From NCBI GenBank assembly GCA_001643675.2, contig LSRY02000024.1, forward strand, positions 124,001 through 188,000: 64,000 nt of DNA, given 5' to 3'. The notes below the pieces were generated by a model. The model was not told where the DNA came from, ran no database searches, and saw nothing but the letters and a program-made list of their open reading frames with translations. The DNA is from Monocercomonoides exilis PA203. Its lineage: Eukaryota > Protista > Preaxostyla. Positions 59,319-64,000 of the stretch are shown one piece after another; within the stretch, counting starts at the first letter, position 1; each line of letters starts with the position of its first letter. A program made the translations under genes and the position numbers.

Positions 59319-62300
59319 AGATGGATTTTTTGTAGAAAAAAAAAGAAGAATCGAAGAAACCAAGCAGGAATTTTGATTAAAATGAAGGAGAAGGAGAAAA
59401 AGAGCGATTAATCAATGAATATCATTGAATAATTCTTGCTGTCGAGTGAATTAACGCTGTTTTTGAAGATGTCCTATTTATGTTGCTGTTGAAGATGTTC
59501 TTTATTGGAATGTTTCATTTTCAATGTCAATGAGTTTTCGTTAAATTCATCTTTTTTTTCTTTTTGTGGTCTTTTCATCTTTCTGTAGAAGAAAACAATT
59601 CGCACACATTTCAAATAATATCAAAGTGAAAAATCATCATCATGTTCTCTTTCATCTATATTCCTCAAAGAATCTCTTTGATAAAGAAAAACATTTTTCT
59701 TCAAAATTCTTCATTTTTTATCATCAAAGACGCTCAAGAAAAAACAAATCTCTTTCTTCTTCTTCTAATGTTATTCACCTCCTTCAACTTATCTTCAAAA
59801 AGTGCTCTGAGACCATCCTATAAAGAGTTATCTTCTTTTCTTTCTCTATCCCAGATCTATTTTTTTCTTATTTCCTCTTTTTTTCCATAATTTTCTCAAA
59901 TTCCATCTTTCAGCACAACTTTCAATTGCTTTTGTATTTCATTCTTGCCAATTGCTCACAAAATCTCAAAATCTTAATTTTCTTTCTTCTTCCTTCTTTT
60001 CACTCATTTTTGTTTGTTTCCTTCAGCTTGAGTTTTTCTCTCTTTTGTCTTTGCTCAATGTTTTCTCTCATATCCATTAGAATAGATCGGCCAAAACCGC
60101 AGCATCAGTTAACTCAACGAAGAAGAAGATCAAAGATGGAATGACATGTTGAATGAAGTTTCTATCTTTGTTGTTCCATAATTTTAGGCAAAAATGTGTA
60201 ATTGTCAATTCTTCTGTTTGTACATCAGACTTCATGGAACATTCCGTGAATGGATGATTTTTCTTTATTGAAAGGATTTCGGTAACTGTATTTCTGATGA
60301 GAATAATATTCCATCAAACCCGTTTGAGATTTGTTGAAAAAATAACAGAGCATTTTTCCTTTTGAATTTTAGAATGATTGCAAATCTGAAGAAGAAGAAT
60401 TCTTATTCCTCATGTTCGCAAAACACTCAAATTCTAATGCCTATTTTCTTCAATTATCGAAATGTGTTTGATGTTGTCAATTCATCTGAACCAGAAAGCT
60501 TCCCATTTCTTCTTTTTTGATTTTCTAAAAATTAAAAACATTCATGAATGTTTCGAATTTCAATTAAAAAATTAAAGCAAAACCTTTCAAATATTAAAAC
60601 CATTTCCATTTCTTCTTTTTCACCAATTAAATGTTGGAACCACTGAATGACCTCTGTTCATCGAAATAACCTCCCAATTCTTCAAAAAATGCATGAAAAG
60701 GACAAACAAAAATATTCTTTCCCTTTGATAGAAATTTTTTTATTTATTCTTCGTCTTCCACTTCGCTGTCTCATATGAAACATTCGTTCTGAATTTTTCA
60801 TCAGATTCTGTTGAATGAGATACTTTCACTGACATTGACTGATGCTATTGACTCAGGAAAGCTGTTCAGGCTTTGAATAAACAGGAGAAAAATAACTCAA
60901 AATGAAAATGAAACATAAAGAAAGTGAAGAAAAAACCAAACTCAAAATATTTGTTTCCATTTAAATTGTTTTTTCCAAGTGGAGGCAGAATAAAGAACAA
61001 TATCATTGGAAAGTTTCCAGTGAATGAAGGCACCTTTTTGTTGTTCTCATGCAATAATTTTTGATTTAATGCTCATTTTGAATAATGTCATCTTGAAATT
61101 CCTCCAGCCATTTTCAAATGCTTCAAACATGAGAATGAGCGAATAATTAAAGTCATTCTTATTTAGGAAGCATGAAACATCATCCTTTTCAATTTTGATT
61201 TTTCTTCTTCAAAAGCGCCTTCGTTGTTTCAGTTGATTCTTTTCTTGAAAAAATTATATACAATTTAACGAAATTGATGACATTTCACCTCAAAAAAATA
61301 AAGGGTTGTTTCTCTCATCATTTTGTCAATTATCAAATTTTATTTTGAAATTGGAATTAATTGAGACAAAGGATAGAGATCATTTTTTTTTTTTTTGAAT
61401 TCGAATATGATGCTTTGAAAGAATTAGTTGAAAGAGAAAAAATCATTTGTATAAATCAAATCGAGAACAAATATGAGCAAAGAAAGAAAAAAGGAAAAAG
61501 GAAGTTTTGAGGAGCAAAATCAGTCAATTGTGTTGAACAGTTGATTGAGGAGGGGGAGAGGTACAAATTTATGCTTTAGAGAATATAATATCCATGAAGA
61601 AATTAAAAAGAAAGAAGAAGATGAAAAAACCAAGAGATATGTTTCATCGTTTCAATCAAGTTGCATAAGATCCTTTTTGGAAAAGGAGAGAATTCATTTG
61701 CAGGAGGAACAAGAGAAAATATGGGAAAATGAAAATGGCTTCACTTCATCACAAATAAATGGAGATTGCAATTCAGTGATGATTTTGTGGTTTGAGTGAT
61801 TTTTCAAAAAAGAAGTCATCAAACTTGTTTGTGTGAAAGGAACTGGTTTCCAAAACAATGAAAAAGAATTGTGAACAATTTCTTAGTAATTATTCCTGTC
61901 TTTGCAGAAGCTTGTTCGTGGCTTTGTTTGGTTGAATAGATTTTTCGAAAAGAAAAATTAGAATATCAATCAGAACATCAGTTCTATTTTTTTAACCTTT
62001 TTCTTTCATCTTTTAAAAGTCATTAAAATAAAAAATTCTTTTTCTTTTGATTCATCAATTGTTTTTTTTTTTTTTTTTTTCTTAGTTATTATCTGACAAA
62101 CGAAGAGTGATGAATATTCTTCAATCAAATATTTCTCCTCTTCGTTTTGTTAGAAGAACTGCGGTCTGATTTATAATTTCCTCTTTCTTTTGTGTCTCAT
62201 CCTTTTCTATTTCCATTTCTCTTCCTTTGCAACTCATCATTCTAACTGTTCATGTTCCATCATCTTGATTGCAACAATAAAGAAAAATGGAAATTCATTC

Positions 62301-63021
62301 CTTCCACAAAAAATGAAAATCGTTTGTCATTATCGATCTGAAAACTAACTGGATTTTGTCTTATTTTGTTGAATGAGTCATTTGTTTATTATTGTTGTTC
62401 CTCTCTTATTTTCATTTTTGAATTGAAAATTCCAATCTTTCTTAATTTTGTCCATTGTTCAATAATTGTTTGGAAGAACATTTTGATTCAAAAATATGTG
62501 TTTCAGAAATAAATGTGTCTCTTTCTGATATTATTTGCAATAATTTTTTTTTTATTTCTATCATTTTCCTTTTATGATTCAAAAAATTTCGTTCTCAAAA
62601 GTCAATAGAAAAGCACTTGTATTATTTTCCTTTCGGTGTTGATATTCTTGTTTTCACAGAATGATCAAGACGGAAACAATCCAGATCAAGTATTTCATAA
62701 TCGCTTTTATTGACTGATCAATAGATTTTGTTCCTGCAAACTGAAAGCTCAAATGAATCAATTGAATCATGAAACTGAGGCTTGTCAAAGCGATTTTCTT
62801 TTGTATGTTGCATTATGTTTTTCTTTGCAAATTTTTTTAGTATTTGTCATTAATCATCCCCGATGATTCCACAAAACAAAAAGCAGGATCTGTCGATGTT
62901 CAAAACACCATATCAATGATTCAGAAGAATCCTCTTGTGAAAATAGATTTTGGTTTGTTCATATCGTTTTGACTTCGTGGAAATTCTCTGTGCTTTATTA
63001 TTTTATTGAATTTGATTCAAA

Positions 63022-64000
63022 GAGATATTTTCGGAGTTGGAACAGTGCAATGGAGATGAACAGAAACTGAAAATACTCAAAATGAAAGGAATAATGGAGA
63101 AAATGAACAAAGAAGAACTGAAATCCATTATGACAACAGAACTGTTCGACAGATTGGACAAACTGATTGAAGAAAAGAAAATGACGCTGGCAAATACAAT
63201 TTTTTTGTTGAAGTGCATGGGATATTGTAATGCATTGAAGTGTTCATTCAACTTGTGTTATGAAAGGTCTTTGTTGCACAAAAGATTTGAAAAGATGATT
63301 ATTGATGAAGCTAAAAAGAAAAAAGGAAAGAAAGAAAAACTCTTAATTGACCTTGATGAATGCTATTCAACGCTTTGCAATGGCTTTTCTTTTGAATTCC
63401 TTTCAATATGTGTTCCTTGTATTCTGAAAGTTGTACTGAATAAAGTTGAAAGAAAAGAGTCTCGGGATGAAGTTGAAATGGCTTTTCTTTCATTGAGCAA
63501 CATTGAATATGAAGTGTGGGCTCTTCTATTTCTTTTTTGATATTATCTCTTTTTTTTTCTTTTCTTTTAGATTAAGAAAATTGGAAAAAATCAGTATTTG
63601 AAGGAGATGATAGAAATCATCAATTGTTATCAACAGAATCACAATTTGACACGACTTGCATATCAATCTGCTTGGAAGTTTTTGATTTTCCGACTTTGGA
63701 GTGAAAGAAGCTTGGAAGATGTTATTGCGGATGATCTGCATTTTGCAAGAGAAGCAACAAGAGAGTTGGAGGAGCTGGCTGAAAGAGTTGATTGGAGCAA
63801 AAGGGAAGAGAGAGAAAGAGAATGGAAAAACATTTTGTGTATCAATAGGTAGCTAATAACTATGCAAATATTCTGTACGGATAGCGATTATTCAGGAACA
63901 GATATTGAAAGAATTGTCGCTGGTATTATTAATTTATGCAGAGTTACGAAGAATGCCGAGAAAGAAATTGCAAGAAAATGCATAAAGTTTATTGAAAGCA
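63022..64000 (+). pseudogene. Paralog of the 1-632 family gene with a premature stop; intron 63514-63570
   Basis: The GT-AG intron joins ORFs 63037.. and 63598.. in frame. TAG at 63850 aligns with Trp (IWRWMLI vs INR*LIT) and homology continues past it. Confidence 0.7.

Noticed and set aside
59560-62900. Short ORFs in the AT-rich tract
   Set aside because: No coherent frame or motif; at most highly decayed remnants.

Overview
AT-rich eukaryotic protist DNA with short GT-AG introns and the standard genetic code. The gene families resemble an oxymonad such as Monocercomonoides, which is an inference. The main feature is a young 6.7-kb DNA transposon at 37326-44012. It encodes one intact 3-exon gene of about 1362 aa in which a complete ubiquitin-specific protease (USP, peptidase C19) domain and a very long poly-Ser tract are fused to a Sola-like DDD transposase. 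Its 631-bp terminal repeats are nested palindromes with a 76-bp core in flip/flop orientation, and a 138-nt structured RNA element starts 4 nt after the stop codon. The window also holds two giant single-pass surface proteins with C-terminal pseudokinase domains and several pseudogene fragments of that family. One set of fragments lies between old ~330-bp inverted repeats (4347-9078, Pack-type candidate) whose right end truncates a DIRS-like retrotransposon. Other content: a pogo/Fot1-like DD35D transposase relic, a TA-flanked foldback MITE, low-complexity Ser/Lys-Glu-rich genes and two members of an uncharacterised multicopy family.
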